Source: Octopus vulgaris (taxonomy: Eukaryota). From it: a stretch of DNA of 64,000 nucleotides. The notes under the pieces are model-generated. The model saw only the letters and a list, made by a program, of their open reading frames with translations. It had not been told where the DNA came from and did not search any database. Location: the NCBI GenBank assembly GCA_951406725.2, contig OX597814.1:154318001-154382000 (forward strand), read 5' to 3'. The translations under genes were made by a program, and so were the position numbers. This document shows positions 51,906 to 64,000 of this stretch, in pieces (the first letter of the stretch is position 1; each line of letters starts with the position of its first letter).

Positions 51906-53041
51906 TCTATATACATATGGATTAAAACAATATAACATTGGCACTGGTTCAGCATTACATGTCAAAAGTGAAAGAATAACATCTATATTGTAATGTGATA
52001 TAATACTGTTTCACTTTTCCAAATGAAACTAATGGCATGCGCTGCTCAGGCGGTAAGGTAAGATTGCCAGCACTACCAGCTCCTCCTCAACCTCTTATAG
52101 ATCTTCTGGAAGGTACTTCCATCCAGTCAAAAGATTTTCTGAACAATGTCAGACAATACAACTCTGCATTTTGAATGACACCATTTGGTGCATCTAAGGA
52201 GATAGATGAACATGGATTTACACCAACATTCAAAGTTCAAGGGCGAGTCTATCACCTCATCAGTTCCCTGTTACCCACAAATGAACAATCATAGTTATGA
52301 GTGATGTAGGACAACAAACCCGAAGGAGGTGTCAAAACTTCAGATGATGAGTCATGTTAGATGCAGCGCTGACTGCCGCAAAGGAGAGTATATTCACTGA
52401 CAACTTTTCAGTGTGTTCAAAAATCACATAACCCCCGCCAAATTTCTATGTCTGGTTAGAGCCTGGAATACTCCAAACAGACGAATGACAAGTCGCTTAG
52501 TTGAATTAGCCCATCATTTACTCCACAAATGTTTTGTCATCAGTGCTGTACTTTCTTGTTTCACCTGTTTCAACATAACTGTAATATATCTTTATATATA
52601 AAAGTGAAGTTGTGTGTCTGTCTCCTACGATTTAGATTCCTAACCACTCCCACATTTTGCAGTGCAGTTTAACTAAAACTGGGTATCTTATAGTCGTGAT
52701 TCATATCGAGCCCTTCTGGGTATTAGAGCGTGTCTACGATGAGTCTACGATTTAAAAAATAATTTGCCATCATTTTTTTTCCATTTTAATGCATTTTTTC
52801 GCTATTATATAAGGGAAGTAACTCTCTAAAAATGTCTACGATGAGTCAACGATTTAAAAAATTTACCATCATTTTTTTTCCATTTTTAATGTATTTTTTT
52901 GCTATTTTTTGGCTATAACACTCTAAAAATGCTTATATAGTTATTTTTCTTACAAACCCGAGCAACGCCGGGCGATACTGCTAGTATATATATACAAGCT
53001 ATGCCATTTTAATCCTGAGCAACACTGGGTATCTCTGCTAG
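51906..53041 (+). mobile_element. Internally deleted Helitron with a RepHel N-terminal fragment
   Basis: A|TC start, 3' hairpin remnant plus CTAG|T; ~52020-52290 translates ETNGMRCSGGKVRLPALPAPPQPL...FLNNVRQYNSAF*MTPFGA...GFTPTFKVQGRVYHLISSLLP. Confidence 0.8.
52589..52984 (+). mobile_element. Non-autonomous Helitron nested in the above
   Basis: A|TCTTTATATATAAAAG ... CCCGAGCAACGCCGGG hairpin ... CTAG|T; internal ~100-bp duplication. Confidence 0.88.
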
Positions 53042-53448
53042 TAAATGAATAGATAATAAAAATTTTGTTACACAATGCAATGTAATAGCTTCATTTTATA
53101 ATTGCTTTTGTTGCTAAAATAGCAAGTTGTAGATGCCACAGAGCAAATGGCTAACTGAGACTCCACAACTTGCTTTCAATCAAATTCACTTTAAAAAATA
53201 ATTGGTACTCTTGCTTAATGAAAGATATGAATATTTTGAAAGTTCATTCACTTCTACAATGAAATTGTGTGGCTTTTTACCTAAACAAGAAATGTTAGGA
53301 TGAAATGAGATGATTGGATGCTGATGATTTTGGCCTGGCTGATTGGACATTCAGTGTGTTTTGCTGAGAATGGTTTTTGGTGCTGGAGGTAAACACTTAA
53401 ACACATAAGCATGTGTACAGAGAAATACACACATTGAGAGAGAGAGAG

Positions 53449-53551
<103 letters not shown>

Positions 53552-53671
53552 TTACAAATACAAGCATAGCTAGATGCATGCTTACATACATAAACACAAA
53601 AAGAGAGAGAAAAGGATATTACAATTCATTAGTTGAACATAATTGATATAAACACTTTCCCCTCTCCTCAA

Positions 53672-53708
<37 letters not shown>

Positions 53709-54382
53709 GGGAGAGAATGTAAAATAGAATGAAGGAAAGAGAGAAACAAGAGATACATTAAAATTAGAGGAATATTAACATGAGAAACATTAAAATGTCT
53801 GATGTCAAATAAGTCAGCAGCGAATCAGTGATGCCAAACAAGCAATGCTAAAATGGCTACCAAAACGTCTCATCATCATGTTAGGATAATGAAGCTATCA
53901 TTGAAGTAATTAAGTAACTGAACTCTTAATCAATTCTGCCCAAGAATATCTATGATATAAAAGTAGCAAACCAAACACTGGGTAGTGAATTTAAATTTAG
54001 TAAACCAGATATAAGTTTCATAATGCTCACTGCTCTTGTAGAGAATCTACTTAAATACGTTTGTGAATAGAACAACTGGAAAATACTCCACTAAAGTCAG
54101 ATGATAAAACAGAATCAGTACAAAAATTTGTCAAAGAACTTAGAGAGTTCACATTGCAATAAGAGTTGGCCTTTTTATACATACATACACGTACATACAT
54201 AGAAATGCACATACATATATGTAGGTATGTATGAAAATACATTCATACATACACGCATATATATTCACAGTAAAGTAGTTGTCATTGAAGTCCAGCAGTA
54301 GAAACTATGTCAAAGCTGACACTGCAGGATGAAACAACTTTGGAGCTCACTGGGTCCCATCAAATCATCCAACCTATGCCAG

Positions 54383-54655
54383 TGTCGTGCACAGGAAATG
54401 AAAAGTGGTTCACCTACCGTCCTCTCTTGTCTGCACCTGACTAGTAGTAGTCACTACAGCGATCCTGCCCTACCCTGTCACCCAGTATAAGCAGATGCTA
54501 TCTGACCAACCTGGGAGTGAATTCCCTGACGTCTGTTCACAACGCTTCGGCTGGCGAAAAAAGGCTGACCTTGTCCTGTCTCTCCCGCACTTCCTCTTCT
54601 GATCAGTCGCTTGACCATTGACATCATGGCCCTCTTCTTCCGGTTCATCCTCACA
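54383..54655. mobile_element. Solo LTR (273 bp)
   Basis: TGT...ACA ends and a perfect 5-bp TSD gccag (54378-54382, 54656-54660), interrupting an RTE 3' tail. Confidence 0.8.
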
Positions 54656-54904
54656 GCCAGCATGGAAAATGGATGTTAATAAATGATGAGGAGGATTATG
54701 ATGATATTCACACACACACAGATGTATATATATATCTCTTGCTTGAAGAACAGGTGAGGGTAGTAACAGGAAGGGTATCCAGTCATTGAAAACTTACCTC
54801 AGTAAATTCCATCTGATCCATTCAAATATGGAAAAATGGATGTTAAAATCATAATGATGATGAATAAATATATGTGTGGTGTGTGTGTGTATGTGTACAT
54901 ATGA

Positions 54905-55105
54905 TTTAATAAACACAAGGTTTAAATGTGAACTACTATAAGAATCATCTTCTAATAATACAGTAATCAGACAAGCTTGTATAGCATGCACATACTATCA
55001 AAGTTAAATAGTACATGGCATGCTATACAAGCTTGTCTGATTACTGTACCATCAGAGCATGAAACTTATAGTAACTTACATTTAAATCCTGTGTTTATTA
55101 ACTGA
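54905..55105. repeat. ~200-bp imperfect palindrome centred near 55003
   Basis: tacagtaatcagacaagcttgtatagcatgc pairs with gcatgctatacaagcttgtctgattactgta; outer arms are diverged. Confidence 0.85.
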
Positions 55106-55538
55106 TATTTCTCTCTTAGTGGATTGAGTACCTTTTTTTGTTGCTTCTACCAATTACATAAAATTACACTAGATATTATTTAGTACATATGTATATATTT
55201 GTGTTTGTGTGTGTGTGTGTGAACACAAATAATAAACAATGGATGGGAGTGAGAGCTTGATTGTATCATTTTAGAAAAACAAAACCTTTGCACTTGCTTA
55301 GATAAAAAGAAACCATTATTAGCAACTTCACTGCAGCAGATGTTGCAGCAGCTATCACCCCACCACTACCACCCTGCCATTACCATCATCACTACTACTA
55401 CAGCTGCTGCTGCTAATACCACTATCACTACTACAACTGCCACTACTATTACTAGTTCTACTAGATTGAGGTTGAAGCTTGATAGTATCTTAAAGAGGTA
55501 GAGAGAAAGAGAGATGCTCCTCTTTTAAAAGTACATAC

Positions 55539-55638
55539 CTGTATTTAGCAAATCGATGAACTTATCTTCAAAGTAATCAATTGCTGGAAACTGTAAACCT
55601 AGCTCAAGATAAAGAACAGGTGTTGCTGCTTGGTGTAT
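55539..55638 (-). CDS. SLC26A11: SLC26A11-like exon, STAS start: IHQAATPVLYLELGLQFPAIDYFEDKFIDLLNT
   Basis: Acceptor ttctttacag, donor gtatgt; 100 nt, phase 0-1; 'GL.FPA' STAS motif. Confidence 0.9.
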
Positions 55639-57113
55639 CTGTAAAGAACACAAGAGGTTAAACTTGGGAAAAACCTATTTCTTTGCTCAGTAAAACCTGT
55701 TCTTGATCAAAGGCTGGAGACAAAACAAAATATGATATATTTAGAAAAAGAGGAATAAATATGATATTTTGGCCATACAGCATAGTAAAATGTTCATCTT
55801 GTACTGGGTTAATCCTTACTTGCAAAAGTTGATATTGTAGATTAGCTGTTGCTAATTCTTAACCACTATCATGACCATCACCATCGTCAGTGCCTCAGTG
55901 CCATCCTTATTCCTCACTGCTGCCACTAATGTCTCGATTCCACCACCACAATTTTTACCTTCTCCACTGACCCATCACTATCCAACCCTTTCCTCTACTA
56001 TCATCACCACTACCAATACCATAATCACTATTAAAACTGCAGCAGCAGTTCCTCCTCCTTCTCCTCCTCTCCCTCCTCCACCGCTGCCACCACTGCTATC
56101 ATCAGTACTAGCATTACTTCCTCTATTCCTTTCTACTACCACTACCACCACTCTACAGCCTTACCATCTGGCCACCAACACTACCATCACTGCTTACTTT
56201 ACTATTCCACCATCTCTTCAGCTGCCACTGTCACCACTACAACCACCACCATAACCAACCAGTATAACCAACCATCACTATTACAACAACTTACTAAGTA
56301 AGAGAAGTAAGGAGCATTGTTAAGAGACAAAGGTAATAAAGGCAGGATCAAATGCTGTGGTTGTTGTCTAGCCCCTGTTCAGACCTGGTTCAGCAACCCC
56401 AGGACTAGATTGTCTTCTGGCTTTCTTCCCTTATAAAATTATACAATTTTTGGCTGATATTGCTATCTGGTTGAATGACTGCACAGAGGATTCACAGAGG
56501 ATTTCTTGTCAGGTTGTAAGAGCAATATATTTGTGGATATGCTGTTGTAAAGTGCTTATGACAGCGTTTCTTAATCAGGGTTCTGCAAAAGGTTTCTAGG
56601 GGTTCCATGAGAAAGAGTGAGATAAACTAATAAAGAGTGAGATTGCTAATTTCATGATCATAATATTACTAAACATGCATAAAATATTGGTTATTGTAAT
56701 ATAGACATCATCCTATCTAAACTATAATGTTATCAAAAAAAGGAGTGACTGTGTGGTAAGTAGCTTGCTAACCAACCACATGGTTCCGGGTTCAGTCCCA
56801 CTGCGTGGCATCTTGGGCAAGTGTCTTCTGCTATAGCCCCGGGCCGACCAATGCCTTGTGAGTGGATTTGGTAGACGGAAACTGAAAGAAGCCTGTCATA
56901 TATATGTATATATATGTATGTGTGTGTGTTTGTGTGTCTGTGGTTGTCCCCCTAGCATTGCTTGACAACCGATGCTGGTGTGTTTACGTCCCCGTCACTT
57001 AGCGGTTCGGCAAAAAGAGACCGATAAAATAAGTACTGGGCTTACAAAGAATAAGTCCCGGGGTCGATTTGCTTGGCCGCAGTCAAATGACTGAAACAAG
57101 TAAAAGAACCATG

Positions 57114-57163
<50 letters not shown>

Positions 57164-57234
57164 ATTTACCACATGAACTACAATGAAAAATACGAGAATG
57201 ATATAGTTTATAATTTTTTTGTGTAGGGGTTCCT

Positions 57235-57588
57235 TGAATGTGCAGACAAGGGCCTTGCATTTCTAGCTTCTGGCTGATGGTTTAGGTAGAGGGTGTCTCT
57301 GAGTGGCACAGCAAGTTCTAGTTGGCAGATGAGGAATTCCTTTCAGAGTTGTTTGCCAAAATCAAAGAAAAAGGCCCTTCTCTTGCCAAGCTGAACATTG
57401 ACAAAAGAAACACTCCCCACAAAAAAAAGGTGCCAAAATAGCTTGAAATGTAAAGGAGAAAATACTCTCTTACCTTCACTTGGTAAATGACTCCACTGAC
57501 AAGAACTTGCTGTGCAACTCAGAGACACTCTCTGCTCTAAAGCACTGACCAGAAGCTAGAATATCAAAAGATCCCATCTGCATGTTCA
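57235..57588. repeat. Imperfect inverted repeat, ~95-bp arms, ~160-bp spacer (MITE-like)
   Basis: gtgtctctgagtggcacagcaagttct pairs with agaacttgctgtgcaactcagagacac; ttctagcttctgg pairs with ccagaagctagaa. Confidence 0.75.
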
Positions 57589-59556
57589 TTCTTGCTGGTT
57601 GTCTATCTAAAAAAGAGGCCAGTCAATTTGCTTCTTCACCTGACATCACTTTCCCTTTCACTACAGGTGCATCACCCACTAAACTCCTCTATCATTTCTG
57701 ACACATTACTTACTATGTTACAGCATTGATGAGTGAATCATTGTTAACCAGTTAGATGGACAGAAGAGAGACTCATGTGTTGATCAAGAATTCCTCTTCT
57801 CCTGCTGCTGTTTGCAAGTAAGGTATTTGGTGGTTCAGTACATTGTCTTGAAACATTGTTCATTTGTTGTATCTTTGTTTTTCCACACTGGCATGGGTTG
57901 CACAAACACTAGTTTGAAGGCAGTATTTTATGACCAGATACTCTTCCTGTGGCCTGCAAGCCACCAGTTTTTCAAGTAAGGGATTATTTTTTATTTCACT
58001 AGATGTCACAAGTTGAAATGACACAGTCATTTTGCTCAAAAATTATCATGCAATGTCATGTGGAAAAAAAAACATTGAAATACATGTGTGCACACACACA
58101 TGCACAATACATATACACACACACACATGACTCCTGATACTTACAACATAACATGCAGTTTCAAAAAATCAAAGCCATATAGTTAAAGTTTAGTGCTTAT
58201 ATCATCATCATCATTTATCATCATCATCATCATCATCAGTTTAGCATCTATGTTTCCATGTTCACATGAGTAAGACACAATTTGTTGAGACAGATTTTCA
58301 ACAGATTATGCCCTTCCTGTCACAAACCCCTTGCCTGTTTTCAAGTACAGTAATATTGTCTCATGACCAGATATGTTTTCACAGAAGGACATTGCTTGCA
58401 TAACAATGACACTCATTTACAACTATCACATGAAGTCAAAGCAAGGAGAGAGTATCCCACCCCATGTGGGACTTCTTTCAGTTTTTGTCTACCAAATCCA
58501 ATTACAGGCTTCAGTTAGCCAGAGGCTATAGAATACACTTGCTCAAGGTGCCATACAGTGAGATTGAACGCAAACCCATGTGGCTGGGAAGCACACTGCT
58601 TACAATACAGCCATGTCTGCATCTAGTCAAGCATGTTATATACCTTTTTACCAACTATCTCTCATAAAAATTGAAGATTTACCTTACAATCTGATTAGTT
58701 ATTTCCTGTCATTTCTATCTTCAATAAATATTACATGCCTTGCATTCATGTAGGTACTGATATATTCCCTTTGAGATGCTCTATGTTTCTTTTAATTACT
58801 TCAAATATAACAAAGAATTTAGTAAAATAACTTAGTTATCATTCAGTTAGTGTTAGGAACATAAATTGTGACTAATGTTTGGTGGAAGATTTTAATTCAA
58901 AACTTATGAAAACAAGACTTTTGTACTCGGAGCCAGAGCCGGTTTGGTAATGAAAGGGTTAACATTCAATTTTCCATGACTACATGGGTCAGACAGAATT
59001 CAATGCAACCTTCCTTGTTTAAAATGTTAGGGTGTGATTGGAAGGAGATTTGGTTGCTTTTTCTAGCAGGTTATGTAGTTACATAGATCTCCTTTGTTAT
59101 AGTGTTGTTTAACCCAAGGTCAACCATGGTCTAACAGATTTATGCTCAAAGGCTTTCCACTCAAGATCATTCTGTTCTCATAAGAATTGTGTATCTAGGA
59201 CTAGATTTTTCCAATAAATCTGCTTTTTTGAAGATGGTAGAATGTAATTTGAGAGAGATTTGGCTGATATTTGTTGCAGGTTGAGCATCTTTACAATGGT
59301 TCCTTGTTAATTTGTCCCTTGTTTTATTGTTGCTGTTGTTGTTGGTAGTGGTAGTGATGATGGAATGGACAAGGATGTAGCTATTGTTTTTGATGATAAC
59401 ATTTGCCACAACATTTAACCCTTCAGTATTCATATTACTCTGTCAAATGTAAGATTTGTTTATTTATATTCTTTTTGAATTAATCATGCGTTATCTTTTA
59501 GTTTAGTGATTTCGATGATGTGGTGGTTTAGTTTTAGAATAACATTGTAGGTTTGA

Positions 59557-59821
59557 TAACATTGTATCTCTTGTGAAAGGTAGGAGAGTCCAGTTTGCTG
59601 GACATTGTTGTAGAGCTGAAAACGAGGCAATTTCTACTCTTCTCTTCTGGAAGCCATCTACTCGCGATACCAGAGGGTGCACACTCTCCTACCCTGATGT
59701 AATCTCCAGGGATACAGGCATCCAGCAACAGGACCTCAGTAATGCTATGATGGACCGTGAAGTCTGGCGTAGCATGGTAAATTCCATTGTCTCGACCACG
59801 GTCGAACAATGATGATGATGA
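59557..59821 (+). mobile_element. Young 5'-truncated RTE-clade LINE (second family)
   Basis: Open frame RRVQFAGHCCR...WKP...AMMDREVWR..., (GAT)n tail, perfect 11-bp TSD tgtaggtttga (59546-59556, 59822-59832). Confidence 0.9.
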
Positions 59822-60287
59822 TGTAGGTTTGAGGTGAGAGGCCAGATCTAGCCTGACTCAACATAAAACAGGTAAATTAGTTTGGCCAGATACAGCTGGT
59901 TTGACTGCAAAGAGGTTAAGGCAGTGAACTAGCAGAACTGTTAGCATGTCAGGCAAAATGCTTAGTGGCATTTTGTTCATTCTGAGTTTAAATTCTACCA
60001 AGGTCAGTTTTGCTTTTCATCCTTTCAGGGTTGATAAAACATCTTTTCAGTGACTGAGCACCGGGGTTGATGTCATGAACCTACTCCACTGTTAAACATT
60101 GCTGGCCCTGTGCCAAAATCTGAAATCAATATCTGCAACAACATTGATGATATATAAGCATGTCAAAAACCTGTGAGATTGTGAAACAGAGCAAATATAA
60201 TTAAAACACTGAAGTAGTGTAATGAGACAATAAGTGATGATATTAACAAATAGGGAGAAATAGAGAGAGGACAAGTCTATCACTTAC

Positions 60288-60359
60288 CTGGATATTTGGC
60301 CGAGATAGTGGATATAGTAAAGTTATTAAAGACACTGCTATTCCAATTAGTATTCCATA
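60288..60359 (-). CDS. SLC26A11: SLC26A11-like anion transporter, internal exon (last TM helix): YGILIGIAVSLITLLYPLSRPNIQ
   Basis: Acceptor ttgcag and donor gtaagt; 72 nt, phase 0-0. Peptide resembles the SLC26A11 'YGIL.G..VSL..LL...ARP' segment preceding STAS (recalled family pattern). Confidence 0.9.
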
Positions 60360-62244
60360 CTGCAATATTGAAAAGAATATATATATATATGTATGGCAGT
60401 TGAAGTTATCTGAATATTTGACCAAAATATGGTAAGGTTATTCAAGAAAATTTTAGAGGCACTTTGCAACCCATGAGCTGTTTGGTTCAGCTCACTAACA
60501 ATATGCTCTACTGTAATCTCAGACTGACCGATGCTTTATGAGTAAACTTGATAGATGGAAACCTGTTGTACACACACACACACACAGATATACACATATA
60601 TCTATGTATATGTCAAGTTACTTTAGTGCTACTGGTAACATGTAACCCATTACAACTTGTTGCATGGTCAGGTCATTGGTGGCTAAACCAGTAACCCCAC
60701 CAAGTTTGCTTAGGGATTGATTTGTTCAACTAAAACCGTTTCAAGGTGGTGCCTCAGCATTGCCACAGTGAAAATGACTGAAACAAGTGAAAGGTAAAAT
60801 ATATGTGTTTAAGTATGTGTATACATGCATTTGTATTTCCTTGTCTGGACATCACAGGGTAGTTATGAACAAAAGTTACTGTCATACAACAAAAGTCCTT
60901 TATTTGCAGTCTTCCAGGAAAACACATCCAGCCATGGCAAAATATTACCTTGGCTGGAAACAGGTGAGGGTTAGTGACAGGAAAGGCATTCAGCCATAGA
61001 AAAATCTTTCTGAACGAATTCTTTCTGACCCATACAGAATTCCAGAATTCCAGTCTAACCCATGCAAGCAAGGAAAAGTGGATGTCAAAACAATGATGAT
61101 GAGGAGGAGGAGGGGGAGAAAGAGGATCTATGATTTCAACCTTATGCCAGAAATTTTCATTCTATATGAACTGATATTACAGTCTTGTAATGCTGGAAGT
61201 TTCTATTCTACAAGAACTGGTATTGTAAGGTTATCATGCTAGAAGCTTCCATTCTACTTTACTCTAAACATATGGCGGAGTTCTCTACAGGTCATTTGGC
61301 CATCTCACATTACAAATTATCAAAGCCAGCTGCTTACTACCTAGAGGGATTCATATTAGTGTTACAAGATCCCTTTCTATCAATGGACCATAAAGCTTTT
61401 GCTCTCTCTCTCTCTCTGTTTTTTTTCTCTTTCCTTTTCTCTCTTTATTTTATATTCCTTAATGAATATAATTTGTTTTTGTTTCAGTTTAGAATTGATA
61501 ATGATCCCATATTAATTTTTTTTTTAATACACCAGCTCTTTTTATCCAATTGCATTCTGGGTTATTACTGAGTAAATTTTTGCTAAACTACTGCAAGAGG
61601 CTCTTAAGTGTTAAAGAAGAATGGAAGGGAGTTGTACAGAGCCGGAGTGTGAAAGAAGAAAAAGATAAAACAACAACAGAAAATAAAAAGACAGACAAAC
61701 AAACAAAATACAGAAGAATCGAGAAAATAGATGAAAAAGAAAGACAGAAAGAAAATAGAAGATGAGGAAAGCTGAAAAAGACAAACAGAAGAAAAGGGAG
61801 CATGAAGGGAAAAAAATAGCTGATAATATATTGGAATTCCCTGTAGCCATTAGTGGGGTTTAAGTGCTAATCTGAATACAGTGTTGTTGATAGAAGCTTC
61901 CATTATTAAGGTAAGCAGATGGGGAGGTGAGCTTTAAGCAATATATGAGAATGTACATCATAGTTTAACTCTTTTGAGACCACCCTCGGTTCTGCCGATA
62001 GAGAAACCACCCTTGTTAGAGAATACATGTTTAAATCAAAGCCTTCCATCATAATCTTATTAAAAACCTTTTGTTAAGGCTATGCTACAAACAAACACTA
62101 ACTTAATGATAACAAAAGAAAAACAGTTATTTTCTTAAACCCCTCCTAAATTTTGAACATTTTAAGAATTAATTGACACAGAAAGGCAGTGCATTTGAAT
62201 AGCAATATGGTCATAAAAAGTATTAAAAGCAACTCATTCTAACA

Positions 62245-62274
62245 ACACACACACATATATATATACATACATGC

Positions 62275-62305
<31 letters not shown>

Positions 62306-62478
62306 TATATATATACATACATACATATATATATACACACACACATATATATACATATATACATACACACACACACATATACATATATACATACACACAC
62401 ATATACATATATACATACACACACACATATACATACACACACACACACACATATACATACACACACACACATATACAT

Positions 62479-62509
<31 letters not shown>

Positions 62510-62655
62510 CATATATGTACATATATATATATATATACATATACACACATATATATATACATACATATATATATATATACATATATACATATATATATAT
62601 ACATATATATATACATATATATATACATATGTACATACATACACACACATATATA
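62245..62655. repeat. Compound (TA)n/(CA)n microsatellite, representative of dozens in the window
   Basis: Direct reading. Others include (TTTC)n 85-190 and 13940-14030, (AAT)n 7328-7430, (GA)n 21006-21078 and 45553-45612, (TCT)n 10873-10935. Confidence 0.95.
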
Positions 62656-62766
62656 AAACAATACCCAGTATTTCTCTCAGAGATTCCCTTCCTTTGCTAC
62701 CCATGTTAATTCTCCTGAGTCCAGTTAATTTGTTATGGTATCATTGTAGGGGGTGGGGCCACACAG

Positions 62767-62811
<45 letters not shown>

Positions 62812-63001
62812 CATGTACACACACACACATCATTACATAGGGATTTTATTTGTCTTAGAGGTTGGGTTTTATTTTCCTTATACTGTGAGAATTACCACTA
62901 AGGCCTTTGCTATCCTGCTGTTTGTTGGTTCGTAGAAGCTTGCCTGCATAGTTAGTTCCCAACAAATGAAATGATTTCCCACACTGTTGTCTTGCATTCT
63001 C

Positions 63002-63035
<34 letters not shown>

Positions 63036-63104
63036 TCACCACCACCAACACTACTACCATCATCATCATCATCAGTAGTAGTAGTAGTAGTAGTGGTGGT
63101 GGTG

Positions 63105-63145
<41 letters not shown>

Positions 63146-64000
63146 TGTTGTTGTTGCAGAGACTGTTTAGCTCCATGTCTGCCCCGAAGGAGAAGACTTA
63201 TGATAAAAAGAAGTATTCCATCCACGACCATCTTGCCTTTCTTTCCAGACTACAGTACGCAATGTGTCTCCTTTTTGGTAAGATGATAAGCATCTTTGAT
63301 TTAAGGGATATTTAGCTGCTAATTCTACAGCTTGATTAGTAGTAGGAGTTGTTGTAATCACCGCTTTAGTTGTTGTAAACAGTTAATGAGAACAGTTAAT
63401 AAGATTGAACATGGATTGAATATGAATCAATTGAATATGGAGATATAATAGCATCAAAATATGTGAGGATCTTATTGCCATTGTTGAGCCTTAGGTCTGC
63501 CCTGACCCAGAATACTTCTGATCCATTTCTCTGATGGTAACAAGACCCAGTCTTTTTCTCCACTTAATACTTTAATTTTTGCTAAATTCACTTCAGGTCC
63601 TCTTGATTCCAGCTTTTATTTCCATGTCTGGAATTTCATTCCTAATTCTATAAAAGTTAGATCATCAACATGAAAAAAAAAAAAGCTCCCAAGGGCAGCC
63701 AGTCTGTAACTCCTCTGTTCATTATGGTTAGGAGGACCATAATGAACAGAAAGAAGCAGAGGAATGATATTTTCAAACTAACTGGTTTCTGCTCAATTTC
63801 TGTTTACAGTTTCACTCACAAGGTTTTAGTTTACCTGGGGCTATTGTAGATGATACTTGCTTCAGGTGTTGTGTTAAGAGATCAAACTGGAACAACATTG
63901 TTGCAAAGAAAACTTCTCAACCAGAGGGTCAAGACTGCTTTCACATTTTGTTCCTACCTCCCACTCACTTCTTTCTTCTCTCTCTCTCTATATATATATA

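Noticed and set aside
62223-62840. Long ORFs such as 62271-62840, 13507-14070, 30843-31466 and 55871-56254
   Set aside because: They are translations of (TA/CA)n, (TTTC)n or (CAC/CAT)n low-complexity tracts, with no splice or homology support.

Overview
AT-rich, repeat-dense eukaryotic DNA. The SINE/LINE families and the microsatellite load resemble an octopus (coleoid cephalopod) genome; this is inferred from recalled repeat families, not from a search. The only host gene I can support well is the 3' end of an SLC26A11-like anion transporter on the minus strand: five exons (60359-60288, 55638-55539, 51290-51223, 40288-40223, 39765-39670) with GT-AG sites and compatible phases, encoding the last TM helix and the STAS domain. 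Upstream exons were not found in the window. Most of the rest is transposon debris: tRNA-derived SINEs, RTE, CR1-like and CRE-like LINE pieces, three Penelope-like (GIY-YIG) remnants including a Naiad-type one, a piggyBac transposase remnant, TTAA, TA and hAT-type MITEs, nested Helitrons and a solo LTR. The most interesting signal is a set of short fold-back or partial-tandem elements and Penelope 3' ends carrying minimal type-I hammerhead-ribozyme-like motifs. One family has a recurring U3-A8 core plus an extra base before stem II. There is also a speculative chain of unannotated minus-strand exons downstream of the SLC26 gene. Most ORFs in the track are microsatellite or repeat artefacts. 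Repeat boundaries are approximate unless a TSD is given.
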